A stretch of DNA of 63,215 nucleotides, counting the filler, from Chlamydiia bacterium (GTDB lineage Bacteria > Chlamydiota > Chlamydiia > Chlamydiales > FEN-1388): NCBI GenBank assembly GCA_903848235.1. It is 11 parts of 11 records of this genome, joined end to end, with 100 filler letters (N's around TTAATTAATTAA, not from the genome) between each part and the next. Parts side by side here need not be neighbours in the genome. Positions count along the whole stretch, not along the records: positions 1 to 11,921 come from CAINFV010000069.1; positions 12,022 to 20,201 come from CAINFV010000071.1; 9 more parts are not named here. One strand, written 5' to 3'. The notes beneath the pieces are model-generated. The model saw only the letters and a program-made list of their open reading frames with translations, was not told the origin of the DNA and did no database searches. A program made the position numbers and the translations under genes. Positions 8,518 to 18,696 of the stretch are shown here, piece by piece. The stretch's first letter is position 1. Each line of letters starts with the position of its first letter.

Positions 8518-10308
8518 TCATTGTCTGCGGGGAGCTCTTACAACCCCATTCTCAGTTTCAATCTGCGCTTCTGTGGCAATACCTCTGTTGTCGACTGCGA
8601 ATTTCACGGTGCGTGAAGGGGGCTTTTTTGAGGTGAAGGTGTTGGCTGTCTTAGGGATACACTCTTCGGCTTCTTCCCCATCACTCTTAAGAAGAAGTGT
8701 CTCGCCATCCATTGTCACAGTGAAAGGCGTTGTGTCAGAACCATAGACTCCAACAAAGCGCCGCAGATAGGCGGGCGTACAGAGGTCGACAGAGGGCTTT
8801 TTGGTGAAGATGATGTTGGCAACGGTCGGCTCCATTGGAATTTCGACAGCACAGATATCACCTGCGAGATCGTTCTGAAACAGAAGTTTGGCCTGCGCAT
8901 GGGCTTGGTCTCCAGTAGGGGCGGCATGGGCTGCGAAGACGTCATAATGCCAGTGACGCAGAGGAGTGGTGATGCCGTTATAGGTCATCAGAAGAGCATC
9001 GTTATTTTGGGCAATCGTCACAGTGCCATACCCAGGATGCTCGTACTCCCCAGCATACTCATGGATGGGGTGGGACGGCGTGGTCCCTGTCTTCCGAAGG
9101 AGTTCTTTGTTATGGCGTTCTTCTTTGAGGCTTTTCTCAGCGGACTTAACCCTCTGTGCCCACTCTGTATTCCAGTCGCAGAAGGAGAGCTTGAGGATTC
9201 TGTCTGTGATCTCATGTGTAAGAATATAGGGCAGTGGAGTGTCGCCCATATTTGTTAAAACAATGATGCCGATGTTCTCTTCAGGAATCAGGCTGATAGC
9301 AGCGGTAAAGCCATCAATGCCTCCATCGTGCCACACTCGCCGATGGCCTCGATAGTTTTCAATAACCCAGCCAAGGCCATAGCCCAAAGTTTCGACTCCG
9401 GAGATCTCTGATGGGGAGAGGAGCATATGAGGGGCGTGGATGTCTTTGAGAGTAGAAGACTGGATGAGGCGGTGTCCTTTGTAGACTCCGTCATTGAGAT
9501 GGAGCATCACCCATGGGATCAGGTCTGCCAGGCAGGAGTTGATGCTCCCGGCAGGACCGATGTTCTGGATGTCACGATAGGGGACGCGGAGGACCGCATC
9601 ATCGCGTTTTTCGTAGGCACAAGCAAGGTCTTGCGAAGAGTCTTTGACTGAGAATGTGGAAGAAGACATGCCAAGAGGCGTGAAAATACGATCTCTGACA
9701 GCGTCCTCCCATGTCCTGTGGGTGATCTCTTCAATCAGATACCCAGCAGCAGCGTACATCAGGTTGTTATACTGCCATTTGGCTCGCAGATCGTCAGTAT
9801 TGGGTAGATAGCGAAGACGGTAGGCGAGCTGTGGCCGTGTGAGGTTTGAATTAACCCATAGCAGGTCATGTCGTGGAACGCCGGTTCGATGACAGGCGAG
9901 GTCGCGAGGTGTCACACGGCCCGACACAGCGCTATCATACAGCTGAAAGGAAGGCAGGTAGGTGACAATGGGGGTGTCCCAGTCGAGCTTCTTCTCGTCA
10001 TAGAGCGTTCCCATCACAAAGGTGGTAAAGGCTTTTGTCGTCGATCCGATGGCAAAGAGAGTCTGTGGTGTTACAGGGAGCTGTCGCTCTCTGTCTTTGA
10101 AGCCAAATCCCTTTTCGAAGACTACGGTGCCGTTTTTGACGATGGCGACAGCAATCCCAGGCACGTTCCACTCAGAGGCAAGAGCTGGAATGCGGCTGTC
10201 AAGGGCGGAGACGAGCTCTGTATGGTCCTCGGGAGCTGGGGTGCTGCCTGCTGCAAGAAAGAGTGGGCTTAAGAGAAGGAGGAGTAGGGACTTCAGGATG
10301 AATGGCAT
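8518..10308 (-). CDS. Secreted serine hydrolase, beta-lactamase/AmpC-like family, with DUF3471-like C-terminal domain
   Basis: Signal peptide, SxxK (GSTTK), YNN, HDGG motifs; YAGEYEHPGYG C-terminal domain. Confidence 0.9.
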   Translation of the reverse strand: MPFILKSLLLLLLSPLFLAAGSTPAPEDHTELVSALDSRIPALASEWNVPGIAVAIVKNGTVVFEKGFGFKDRERQLPVTPQTLFAIGSTTKAFTTFVMGTLYDEKKLDWDTPIVTYLPSFQLYDSAVSGRVTPRDLACHRTGVPRHDLLWVNSNLTRPQLAYRLRYLPNTDDLRAKWQYNNLMYAAAGYLIEEITHRTWEDAVRDRIFTPLGMSSSTFSVKDSSQDLACAYEKRDDAVLRVPYRDIQNIGPAGSINSCLADLIPWVMLHLNDGVYKGHRLIQSSTLKDIHAPHMLLSPSEISGVETLGYGLGWVIENYRGHRRVWHDGGIDGFTAAISLIPEENIGIIVLTNMGDTPLPYILTHEITDRILKLSFCDWNTEWAQRVKSAEKSLKEERHNKELLRKTGTTPSHPIHEYAGEYEHPGYGTVTIAQNNDALLMTYNGITTPLRHWHYDVFAAHAAPTGDQAHAQAKLLFQNDLAGDICAVEIPMEPTVANIIFTKKPSVDLCTPAYLRRFVGVYGSDTTPFTVTMDGETLLLKSDGEEAEECIPKTANTFTSKKPPSRTVKFAVDNRGIATEAQIETENGVVRAPRRQ

Positions 10309-10419
10309 AAGAGACTCCGGTACTGTGATTCTTCAGAAGGATTAGGGTACTCTTTTTTGATCGCAGGGGACAAGAGTAAGATTTTCTTGTACGCTCAAAA
10401 TTGTACTATTACCACTTAC

Positions 10420-11921
10420 CTGGACTTTGGCCATTTGACAAATTACGCCGCCATGCCAATTCCCTCGAGAATAGAGAGCAATTCATTGGGACATTGAATA
10501 TTTCTGAGAATGGGGTGTCGCGTCCATACTTGGAATAATTGGTGCTCGCGGATCAACGCCCTTACTGCGTTCAATAAATCACTGAAGGCCGGCTCATCCT
10601 TCTTATACCATGTAGTCTGTGAGAGAGAAACACTTCCCTGCTCATAAAGCCGATGACCAAGCAGAAAGATGAGGCTATAGATTCCAAATAGCAGAGGGGT
10701 GCTACGTTCGATTGCAAGGTCGGACCACTGACGCTGCGTCTCAACTCCGAGGAGCTCCCGTGCTTCTCGATGCGTGACTTCCTGGCTCCAACGCATGGCG
10801 TAGGTTCCCACAATCTGTTCCGCGGAAAGAAGAGGAGCGTCCGTAATCAAACAGAAGACGGGGGCTTCGACACCGTCTCCGGGAGTCTTTACAAATACAA
10901 GACGTACTTCGGCACGTCCTCTTTCTGCGGAGTCCCAAAGGCAATCAACCGTTGCAACGAACCGTGTTTCATGAGCGCTCCCGTAGCTCTCTACAACAAC
11001 TTCGGCCCAGTTGAGATCCTCGTCATTCCTAATTTCCTTCAGAGAGGGTAACCGTTCGCCCTTGGCGCGTGGACGACCTTTCTTTCCAGTGCGCGGGGGT
11101 GCTGATTTGAAGAAACGAAGATTTGATCTTGCACGGGTAACCAAGTTGATTTTTAGCTTCCGACAGGCACGAAAGAGACCTGTCGTCGCATAACCAGCAT
11201 CGGCTACGAATACAATGGTGTGTTTCGGGAACCAACGACGTAGCAGATGGCATACTTGCTCAGCGAGACGTTGAGGGCTTTTATGGCGACGACCAATCTT
11301 TGCAGAAGTACGCTCCGAAGGACTCAGAATCGTTAAAAATGGCAGTGCTACAGTTCTCTTCATGAATGGTACTCGTACGAGCATCATGACAGGAGTCCAG
11401 CGCAGGCCGCTGCATGTCACAGCTTTGTTAGATCCTGTGCCAACCGGGTCTTTGAATATCCCCTTGGCCCTGATTTTTTTCCCCCTGCGGCGTTCGATCG
11501 TATCATCCACGGAGAAAGTCAGGATTGTTGATGGAAATGCCTTTAAAATCATCTGAAGAAGCGTTTTTGAGGCTATGAGCATATTCCAGCGATCACGATT
11601 GAGCAAACGATGAAAACGGCCATAGGCACCATCAGTAATCAGACCCAGGGCGCGAAGTGCAGCACAAATCGTCACTCCACCGGTGCAAAGGACGCATCCG
11701 ATGAACAGGGTGAGAGCCTTTCGAAAAACTCTTTTCTGAAGAAATACAGTTGCAAAAGGTTGCAGAACTGCTAAAATTGCTGATGGCGGTGTTGGCATTG
11801 TAGGCATTGTTTTTTCCCTGAACAAGAAAAAAAGAATACATTGCCACCTGCCATTTTTTATTTCACCTCAAACGTCGTCTTAGCAGCCATTGCGAGCGAT
11901 TGCCAAATGGCCAAAGTCCAG
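10420..11921 (-). mobile_element. IS701-like insertion sequence
   Basis: 22-bp inverted repeats CTGGACTTTGGCCATTTG(A/G)CAA at 10420 and ending at 11921; the contig ends exactly at the right repeat; encloses a DDE transposase. Confidence 0.9.
10443..11825 (-). CDS. DDE transposase (IS701/IS4 superfamily)
   Basis: SVDDT, VADAGY, YAMRWSQEVTHREARELLG (Y-x2-R-W-x2-E) motifs. Confidence 0.92.
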   Translation of the reverse strand: MFREKTMPTMPTPPSAILAVLQPFATVFLQKRVFRKALTLFIGCVLCTGGVTICAALRALGLITDGAYGRFHRLLNRDRWNMLIASKTLLQMILKAFPSTILTFSVDDTIERRRGKKIRAKGIFKDPVGTGSNKAVTCSGLRWTPVMMLVRVPFMKRTVALPFLTILSPSERTSAKIGRRHKSPQRLAEQVCHLLRRWFPKHTIVFVADAGYATTGLFRACRKLKINLVTRARSNLRFFKSAPPRTGKKGRPRAKGERLPSLKEIRNDEDLNWAEVVVESYGSAHETRFVATVDCLWDSAERGRAEVRLVFVKTPGDGVEAPVFCLITDAPLLSAEQIVGTYAMRWSQEVTHREARELLGVETQRQWSDLAIERSTPLLFGIYSLIFLLGHRLYEQGSVSLSQTTWYKKDEPAFSDLLNAVRALIREHQLFQVWTRHPILRNIQCPNELLSILEGIGMAA

Positions 11922-12021
11922 NNNNNNNNNNNNNNNNNNNNNNNNNNNNNNNNNNNNNNNNNNNNTTAATTAATTAANNNNNNNNNNNNNNNNNNNNNNN
12001 NNNNNNNNNNNNNNNNNNNNN
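11922..12021. other. Artificial contig linker (first of ten)
   Basis: N-run + TTAATTAATTAA + N-run, 100 nt; identical linkers start at 20202, 24567, 30647, 34406, 36993, 42971, 44640, 48967 and 59936. Confidence 0.99.
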
Positions 12022-12037
12022 AAGAGGAGTATAAGCA

Positions 12038-12658
12038 ATGGCGGAGCTGAAGTTCACAAAGCAAGAGCTTCGTCAGCAGCAGATACGCCTCACGCAGCTG
12101 CAGCGATACCTCCCTACATTACAGCTGAGAAAAGCTCTTCTCCAAGCAGAGGTGCTAGCAGCACGCGCGCAGTGCGACATGATCCGCGCTTCATGCCAGC
12201 AGCAGTGGGATAAGCTATCGCGCTCTGCACCCCTCATCACCCTCGACCCTACCATCAGGCTTGTCGACGCTGCCAGGATAGCCACTGTCAGCAGAGGCTC
12301 TGAGAATATCGCCGGCGTAGAAGTCCCCACTGTCAAAGATGTCACCTTCCTTTTCTTCGACTACGACCTCTATGACACCCCGCCATGGCTCGACAATCTC
12401 ATCGACGAGATACGAGCATTTCGCACCATCGACATTAAGGCCTCTATCGCTGAAGAGCGGATTGCCATCCTCACACGGGAGCTCAAACAGGTGTACATCC
12501 GCGTGAATCTCTTCGAGAAGGTGTTAATCCCACGGTGCTTGAAAAATATCAAAGCTATCAAAATCTTCCTCGGTGACCTCCAGCTAGCAGCAGTATCACA
12601 GGCAAAAATTGCAAAGATGAAGATCCTCTCCAAAAAAGTGGTGGAGGTAGCTCAATGA
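12038..12658 (+). CDS. atpD: V-type ATP synthase subunit D
   Basis: LQRYLPTLQLRKALLQAE, ENIAGVEVP, RVNLFEKVLIP motifs; RBS GAGGAG upstream. Confidence 0.95.
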   Translation: MAELKFTKQELRQQQIRLTQLQRYLPTLQLRKALLQAEVLAARAQCDMIRASCQQQWDKLSRSAPLITLDPTIRLVDAARIATVSRGSENIAGVEVPTVKDVTFLFFDYDLYDTPPWLDNLIDEIRAFRTIDIKASIAEERIAILTRELKQVYIRVNLFEKVLIPRCLKNIKAIKIFLGDLQLAAVSQAKIAKMKILSKKVVEVAQ

Positions 12659-14559
12659 AAGTAGAACTGCAAAAAGTACTCTTCCTAGGAGCTGACACGA
12701 AGAAAGAAGAGTTTCTCTCCTCGTTCCAGCAGGCAGGAAATGTCCAGTTCATAGGGACGAAGGTGACATTTGTCGACCTCCTGCAAAGTGAGTTTCAAGA
12801 TGTCGTCCAAGCCATAAAAATTCTCCAGCACTATGAAGTACCGCAGACAACAGCTGTCATCGTCACCGACCCCCTCTCATTTTCTCAACATGTCATCGCC
12901 GATTCCCAACGGCTGGAAGACGCTAAGGCAGAGCTAAAAGCAACACGAGAACAGCTGGAAATAGCCGCTCCCTTCGGCACGATTCCCATCGACAGCATCA
13001 CCTACATCGAAGAACGGGCTTCTGTAAACTTCCGCCTATGGACAGCCCCCAAAAAACGGGACGCGGCAAAGGACTGCCCTCACCTCATCCTCATCTCAGA
13101 AGATGCTCACCATCAGTATTTTGTATCACTCACACATGAGCAATTCCCCCACTCCCAAGGCCTCGAGAACATCCCCCTCTCAGAACATCTGTCTACACTT
13201 CCCTCAACAGAAGCATCGCTGCTCCGTGAAATAGCAGACCTCGAAGAGAGCATCAGACTGCGAGCGCCACTGATAGAAAGCCTGAAATCTTCCCTGATCA
13301 CACGCCTGAACGAAACAAAATGCCAGCGAGCAGGAGAAGAGGCAACACCAGCTCTGAACCGCCGCTTATTCGCCATGACAGGATGGGTGCCACAGACGCA
13401 GCTGCAAGAAGCCCTCGCCCTTGCACACAAAAATGAGATTTTTACAGATCTCCTCCCCACACTTCCCGACGAAATACCGCCAACATATCTAGAAAACGCC
13501 AATGCCAAGAAGATCGGAGAAGATCTCGTCAGCATCTATGACACCCCATCCCATACCGACAAAGACCCTTCTACATGGGTCCTTGTATTCTTCTCCCTCT
13601 TCTTCGCCATGATCGTCGGTGATGCCGGCTATGGCCTTGTCTTCCTAGCAACAGCACTCTTCCTCCAGACGAAAACACATGCTGCATCATCAGGCATGAA
13701 GCGCTTTGTCAAACTCACTGCCATCCTCGGCGTCGCCTGTATCGCCTGGGGGCTGATGACAAATTCCTTTTTTGCCATGAAGTTCTCACCATCAAGTCCG
13801 CTCCGCGCCTACTCGCCTCTCACCTACCTCGTTCACCGGCAGGCCCACTATCATATCGACCTTAAAGATACTACCTATCAGCGCTGGACAGACCTCCACG
13901 ACGGCGTACCCCCCACCTCCGTCAATCAGCTTCTCTACGACTCCCCGTCCGTCGCCATCGAACCCTTTTACAACGGCATGGCAGATGGCACGATGCTTGA
14001 GATAGCTCTTCTCGTGGGCTCGCTTCATATCATGCTCAGCATATGCCGCTACATCACCAGAAATATTGCCAACGCTGGGTGGCTGTTCTGCATCGTCGGC
14101 GGATATATGTGTTTTGCCAACTTCCTCCACGCGCCATCGATGATCTACTATATCTTACACCTTAACCCCACCGTCAGCGCCTCCATAGGCCTCGAGCTAA
14201 TGATTGCAGGGTTTCTCTTCGCAGCAGCAACGTCTATCATCAAAAATGGCATCACAGACCTCTTCTTCGTCATCATGAGCGCCGTCTCTGTATTCGCAGA
14301 TATCCTCTCCTACCTTCGTATCTACGCCCTCGGCCTCGCAGGAGCAATCGTCGCAGGCATGGCCAACGATCTTGCAGATAAATTTCCCTTTGTCATCGCT
14401 GCGATCCTCATTATCATCTCCCACGGCGTGAACATCATCCTCTCCATCGTCGGCGGTGTGATTCACGGTTTGCGTTTGAACTTCCTCGAGTGGTACCACT
14501 ATTCATTCGATGGCGGCGGGAAACCGTTCAGCCCTCTGACCCTCGAGACATATAGATAA
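12655..14559 (+). CDS. atpI: V-type ATP synthase subunit I
   Basis: GWVP, PPTYLEN, YDTP..DKDPS, FFAMIVGDAGYG, DILSYLRIYALGLA, HGLRLNFLEW. Confidence 0.95.
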   Translation: MKVELQKVLFLGADTKKEEFLSSFQQAGNVQFIGTKVTFVDLLQSEFQDVVQAIKILQHYEVPQTTAVIVTDPLSFSQHVIADSQRLEDAKAELKATREQLEIAAPFGTIPIDSITYIEERASVNFRLWTAPKKRDAAKDCPHLILISEDAHHQYFVSLTHEQFPHSQGLENIPLSEHLSTLPSTEASLLREIADLEESIRLRAPLIESLKSSLITRLNETKCQRAGEEATPALNRRLFAMTGWVPQTQLQEALALAHKNEIFTDLLPTLPDEIPPTYLENANAKKIGEDLVSIYDTPSHTDKDPSTWVLVFFSLFFAMIVGDAGYGLVFLATALFLQTKTHAASSGMKRFVKLTAILGVACIAWGLMTNSFFAMKFSPSSPLRAYSPLTYLVHRQAHYHIDLKDTTYQRWTDLHDGVPPTSVNQLLYDSPSVAIEPFYNGMADGTMLEIALLVGSLHIMLSICRYITRNIANAGWLFCIVGGYMCFANFLHAPSMIYYILHLNPTVSASIGLELMIAGFLFAAATSIIKNGITDLFFVIMSAVSVFADILSYLRIYALGLAGAIVAGMANDLADKFPFVIAAILIIISHGVNIILSIVGGVIHGLRLNFLEWYHYSFDGGGKPFSPLTLETYR

Positions 14560-14585
14560 CCCAAAAACTTAGGAAAAGGTAACGT

Positions 14586-15020
14586 ATGGAAGACTCCTTC
14601 GCACTTCAACAGGTAGGGCCCATCCTCGCCCTAGCGCTCTCTACCATCGGCAGCTGCATCGGCTGCTACATAGCAGGCGCCGCATCCCACGCCGCCATGA
14701 CGAAGACAGAAGAAGGTCATGGTAAGTTCATTGGCATGGCAGCGGCACCATCGTCACAGACGATCTACGGCTTTATCCTCATGCTCCTCATGAACCAACG
14801 GATCATGGCGGGCTCCGTATCCCCAGTTGCCGCCATCTTCGTCGGCCTCTTCGCAGGTCTCGCCATCATGGCATCATCGATCTTCCAAGGCAAGGTAGCA
14901 GCAACAGGGATCCAAGCCACTCTCAAACAACCAGCCCTTTACGGCAAATGCTTCGCCGCCGTCGGCATCTTGGAGTCCTTCTCCCTCTTCGTCTTCGTCT
15001 TCACCCTCCTCATCATCTAA
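14586..15020 (+). CDS. atpK: V-type ATP synthase subunit K (proteolipid)
   Basis: Four-TM proteolipid, AAAPSSQTIYG and conserved Glu in GILESF; follows subunit I. Confidence 0.93.
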   Translation: MEDSFALQQVGPILALALSTIGSCIGCYIAGAASHAAMTKTEEGHGKFIGMAAAPSSQTIYGFILMLLMNQRIMAGSVSPVAAIFVGLFAGLAIMASSIFQGKVAATGIQATLKQPALYGKCFAAVGILESFSLFVFVFTLLII

Positions 15021-15105
15021 GGAAGGTAGGGAAGAGGGGGGCTTGGCCGGAGCCCCCTTCACCCCCGCCTGGGGAGCAGAAGCTCCTAAGGCCCCCTGAA
15101 GTGTT

Positions 15106-15175
15106 GACGCCACAAAGCCCTACCAAACACGATCGACCGCACGGTTCATCAGGTTGGTAGGGCTTTTGTGGCGTC
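15106..15175. terminator. Inverted repeat between convergent genes (possible bidirectional terminator or small palindromic element)
   Basis: GACGCCACAAAGCCCTACCA ... TGGTAGGGCTTTTGTGGCGTC. Confidence 0.55.
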
Positions 15176-15225
15176 CTTGCCGTTTCTTGCCTTTTGCAAA
15201 GCTATGAAAGAACGGAAACCGTTGT

Positions 15226-18200
15226 CTAGGGATGCAGGAAAAGATAAGGAAAACGTTTTTGCAGAATTGGTCCTAAAGTCTCCGGGGTAAGGCCTTTAGA
15301 ATAGTATATCCCCAAAGTCAGCAAAAAATGATTTTGCCGGTCTACCTTCCCACGTACTCGCAGGAGTTGCGCCTCTTGCACTTGCCTCGTCCCTTCATCT
15401 AGCGATTCCAGTTGATCCTTTATCTGGCGCTCTTCCTCACTCGCTTGTAAAAGCGTTTTTGCAAGATTTTCTGGAGTCGTAAAGGAAGGGATTTCTATAT
15501 CAGTAAAAAATTCCCTCACCTTAGCTTCAAAAAGAAACGCAAATCTACTAGATAAAATATCTTTTACAACATCAGGCTTATTCCACAACGAAAAGTCAAT
15601 GCCCAACTGCTCCAATAATTTCTTACACTCTGCCTCACCCTTCCCACGAATCGCTTCAGCAAGTTCCTTTGGAGTCTCAAAATTCTCGATCCCCTGTTTT
15701 TGCAGAGTTTCCTTCACAGAGAATGGAAAAAGATAGGCAAAAGAACAACCTAGAATACCCGGCAATATATCAGACTGATCCCATAACGAAGGATCAATAC
15801 GCAAAGTCCGCAGTAGTTCACTGCGCTCAACTGAGTCCATCTTTTGAATCGCTTGAGCAAGTGCGCCGGGCGTGGTAAAATCCACGATTTTGTGCCGTCC
15901 CAAAGTCTCAGTCACCAAGAGTGGAGAGAGAAAGGCTGGAAATAGAGAGGAAACGGAACGCTCTAGAAGAGAAGCCAAATCGTCAGGCTTATCACCCAAC
16001 GAAGGGTCAATGCCTAAACGCTGCAATAGTCGGGTGCGCTCTATCACATCCTCCATCTCTTTAATCGATTCGGCAAGTGCGGATGGCATCGTAAACGCCG
16101 TCAAGCCTTGAATTGCAAAACTCTCTCTTACTAAGGACGAAAAAAGATAAGGGAAGTTACGCTCCAAAATATCTGCCAGAGTACCTCTCTCTTCCCACAA
16201 CGAAGCGTCAATACCTAACTGTTGCAATAGTGCCTTCCTTGCTATCTCCCCCTTACCCTGAATCGCTTCAATAAGCTTGGCCGGCGTAGAAAAAGGATCA
16301 ATAGAGGACTCTCTTATAGTTTTTCTTACTAAATCTGGAAAAAGGTATTGAAAGTTTGTTTTGAAGATTTCCGTCAGCCCCTCTTCTTTAATATTATTCG
16401 GGTTTATCCCCAACTTTCGTAAGAGCATATTTCTGGCCAATTCTGGCTCTATCCCGAACACCTCTGCTGCAAGTGCTTCCGCTGTGGTGAAATCTCTTAT
16501 GCCATATTCATCGAAGTGGTCCAGCACACTATCCATATTCGGGAAAAGATATCCACAACGAGTTCGTAATGTTTCAGACAGTTTAATCGAGCTTAGTGTT
16601 GGAGGCTTCTGACTAGAGTCAAGAATTTCCTTCTCTTTAATCCCGAGGTCTTTCAGCAGTGCCAATCTCTTGCTGGGATCGTCGGAAGCAAGAATCTCCT
16701 TGGCCAAAGCCTCTGGCGTTGTGAGACAGGTAACTCCAAAATCGTACAACTTCTGTCGAAGCTTTTCCTCTTTGGGGAATAGCCCTGAAAAACGTTTGTC
16801 TAAAATTTCTGCTAACTTTATCGAATCGATCATCAACGCCCCTCCCTCCACGTCTTTCAGATCAATTCCCATCTTTTCAAGCAACGCTTCAGCAGCAGTT
16901 TTAGGGCTTAAAACATCACCAACATCCACAAGACTCAAAATATCATCAGCAAGCTCTGCTGCCGAAGAAACGTGTTCTATCCCAAATGAATATAAGAGAT
17001 GACGCATCTCCTCCTCAGGCTCTTTCGGAAACAGTATTCCGAAATGATGGGTCAGCGCTTCAAGAATTTCGCCTTCAGTCGCTGCATATTCTAAGCACGT
17101 CTGTGTTGGGTTCTCTTCGCCGTCGCCAACACCCATCGCTCGAAGATAGCGAGCGCGTTCCTCAAGTATTTCCGATGATTCGAAAATCTCATGCGCCATG
17201 GGACCTAAATCCTCAAGCCTTCGTATCCCAGTACGGTGTTTAAGCTCTGGACTTAACCCAACAGAGCCCTCCTTTTTCTTCGCTTTCTCCAGTATTCCCC
17301 CCATAACATCCGATCCAAAAACGCCACCGCCAACAATCACCATAAGACCAAACAGTCCAAGAAGGACAAAAGGAGTGGCAGCCCCGCCACTGAACGCTAT
17401 TGCCACAGCCCCAGCAGCAATCCCTAGTACCCCCACGGCCGTAAGAAGTGCAAAATGGCATACCCTGCAAATCTGCTTCCTTCTCTCTAATGTCAAGAGT
17501 TGACTTTTCTTCTCGAGAACCGCTCTCTTTAATGCCTTGCATCGTTCTGCAAGAGATTTTTTCGCCGGCGCTGGTTTATCTGGGGGTGCTTCAGCTTGTG
17601 CTCTCGCGTAAGCTTTATACTGCTCAGCAGTCAAAGGTTTTGGTTCTTCCGCCTTTGCTGCTCCTGGATGTTTCTCCTCGGCCTCCCTGCAGGCCTTTTC
17701 ATGCTCTTCTTTCAACGCGGCCCGTAGTTCTTCATCTGTTTTTCTTTCGCCCATGTGTGCAGCGTGAAACTCCGAGAGCCGTTTACTAGTTGCTTCATCG
17801 AGTTCGTAGCGGATAAAAATCTCAGCCTTCGTTTGTTTCAACTCTCCGTTAACCCTTAAGTAGTCCTTTGTGCTTCTGGCCGTCATCACACCGCCATAAA
17901 TCGCCCAGAATCCGCCTACTGCTATCCCTAAGGCCGGGACAGCAGTCGCCAAATGTGCCGTTGCCTGGGTAGACATATGTGCGCCCAGCCCACCCGCCGC
18001 CTTCGCTATCCGAACCGATCCAGCGGCCACTTCCACTACATTGTTGGCCGCAGACGACAGCCTAAACGTTGACTCTATGAGAGCGTCACGGGCTGCTGTA
18101 GTTCGGTCCAGCTCACGACTCAAGTACAGGATAATGTTGCGGAGATGGCGGCATTTAGCAACGTCCTTCCTATCGTCGGGGGACAGCTCCTCAAGCTCTT

Positions 18201-18696
18201 TTTTTGCGCCATCAAGAGCTTTTCCAATATTTCTGACCATCTCTTCTGCCAGCTCAAGACGCTTTTTATACTGACAAATGAGTGTCATTTTTGAAGCAAG
18301 GTTTGGGAGGACCCCTATAACAAGAAAAGCTCCCGCAACAACATTTAAACTGGAAATACCAACCTTTGCGGCAGCGTCAGTAAGAGTCCCAAGAAAAGCC
18401 ATCTCATTTTTTTCATAAACGTCCACCGATCCATAAGCCACCATGACCAGATGACGCAGATGGTCAGACAGTAATCGGGGTACATGTGTCCCATGAGCTA
18501 ATTCGGCCCAAGTACCTGGCGGAGCATGTCCACTAAACCCTTCTCCAGGTTTCCTAGGTTCAAGCTTGACACCTTCTTTAGATTCGTCAGGATCATCGAA
18601 ATAAAAATCCTGTCCAGAATGCACTGGGGAAAAAGATAATTCGTCCGACTCCATCGCCACACCCCTACATAAGCCAGAACGATCACTTTTCCCCAA
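15226..18696 (-). CDS. Putative T3SS-secreted membrane effector (Inc/translocator-like hydrophobic segments plus nine ~66-85-aa tandem repeats)
   Basis: 1156 aa; coiled coils, bilobed hydrophobic segment (FALLTAVGVLGIAAGAVAIAFSGGAATPFVLLGLFGLMVIVGGG), repeats ending in (F)xxLF(P); overlaps the chaperone gene upstream. Confidence 0.7.
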   Translation of the reverse strand: MGKSDRSGLCRGVAMESDELSFSPVHSGQDFYFDDPDESKEGVKLEPRKPGEGFSGHAPPGTWAELAHGTHVPRLLSDHLRHLVMVAYGSVDVYEKNEMAFLGTLTDAAAKVGISSLNVVAGAFLVIGVLPNLASKMTLICQYKKRLELAEEMVRNIGKALDGAKKELEELSPDDRKDVAKCRHLRNIILYLSRELDRTTAARDALIESTFRLSSAANNVVEVAAGSVRIAKAAGGLGAHMSTQATAHLATAVPALGIAVGGFWAIYGGVMTARSTKDYLRVNGELKQTKAEIFIRYELDEATSKRLSEFHAAHMGERKTDEELRAALKEEHEKACREAEEKHPGAAKAEEPKPLTAEQYKAYARAQAEAPPDKPAPAKKSLAERCKALKRAVLEKKSQLLTLERRKQICRVCHFALLTAVGVLGIAAGAVAIAFSGGAATPFVLLGLFGLMVIVGGGVFGSDVMGGILEKAKKKEGSVGLSPELKHRTGIRRLEDLGPMAHEIFESSEILEERARYLRAMGVGDGEENPTQTCLEYAATEGEILEALTHHFGILFPKEPEEEMRHLLYSFGIEHVSSAAELADDILSLVDVGDVLSPKTAAEALLEKMGIDLKDVEGGALMIDSIKLAEILDKRFSGLFPKEEKLRQKLYDFGVTCLTTPEALAKEILASDDPSKRLALLKDLGIKEKEILDSSQKPPTLSSIKLSETLRTRCGYLFPNMDSVLDHFDEYGIRDFTTAEALAAEVFGIEPELARNMLLRKLGINPNNIKEEGLTEIFKTNFQYLFPDLVRKTIRESSIDPFSTPAKLIEAIQGKGEIARKALLQQLGIDASLWEERGTLADILERNFPYLFSSLVRESFAIQGLTAFTMPSALAESIKEMEDVIERTRLLQRLGIDPSLGDKPDDLASLLERSVSSLFPAFLSPLLVTETLGRHKIVDFTTPGALAQAIQKMDSVERSELLRTLRIDPSLWDQSDILPGILGCSFAYLFPFSVKETLQKQGIENFETPKELAEAIRGKGEAECKKLLEQLGIDFSLWNKPDVVKDILSSRFAFLFEAKVREFFTDIEIPSFTTPENLAKTLLQASEEERQIKDQLESLDEGTRQVQEAQLLRVRGKVDRQNHFLLTLGIYYSKGLTPETLGPILQKRFPYLFLHP

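Noticed and set aside
8518..10308. Antibiotic-resistance beta-lactamase next to an IS
   Set aside because: Its length and extra C-terminal domains fit the broad serine hydrolase/peptidase S12 family; resistance cannot be inferred from the motifs.
11922..12021. Recurring TTAATTAATTAA motif within N-runs, and ORFs ending in X..LIN
   Set aside because: Artificial all-frame-stop contig linker; ORFs crossing it are artefacts and cross-linker gene neighbourhoods are meaningless.
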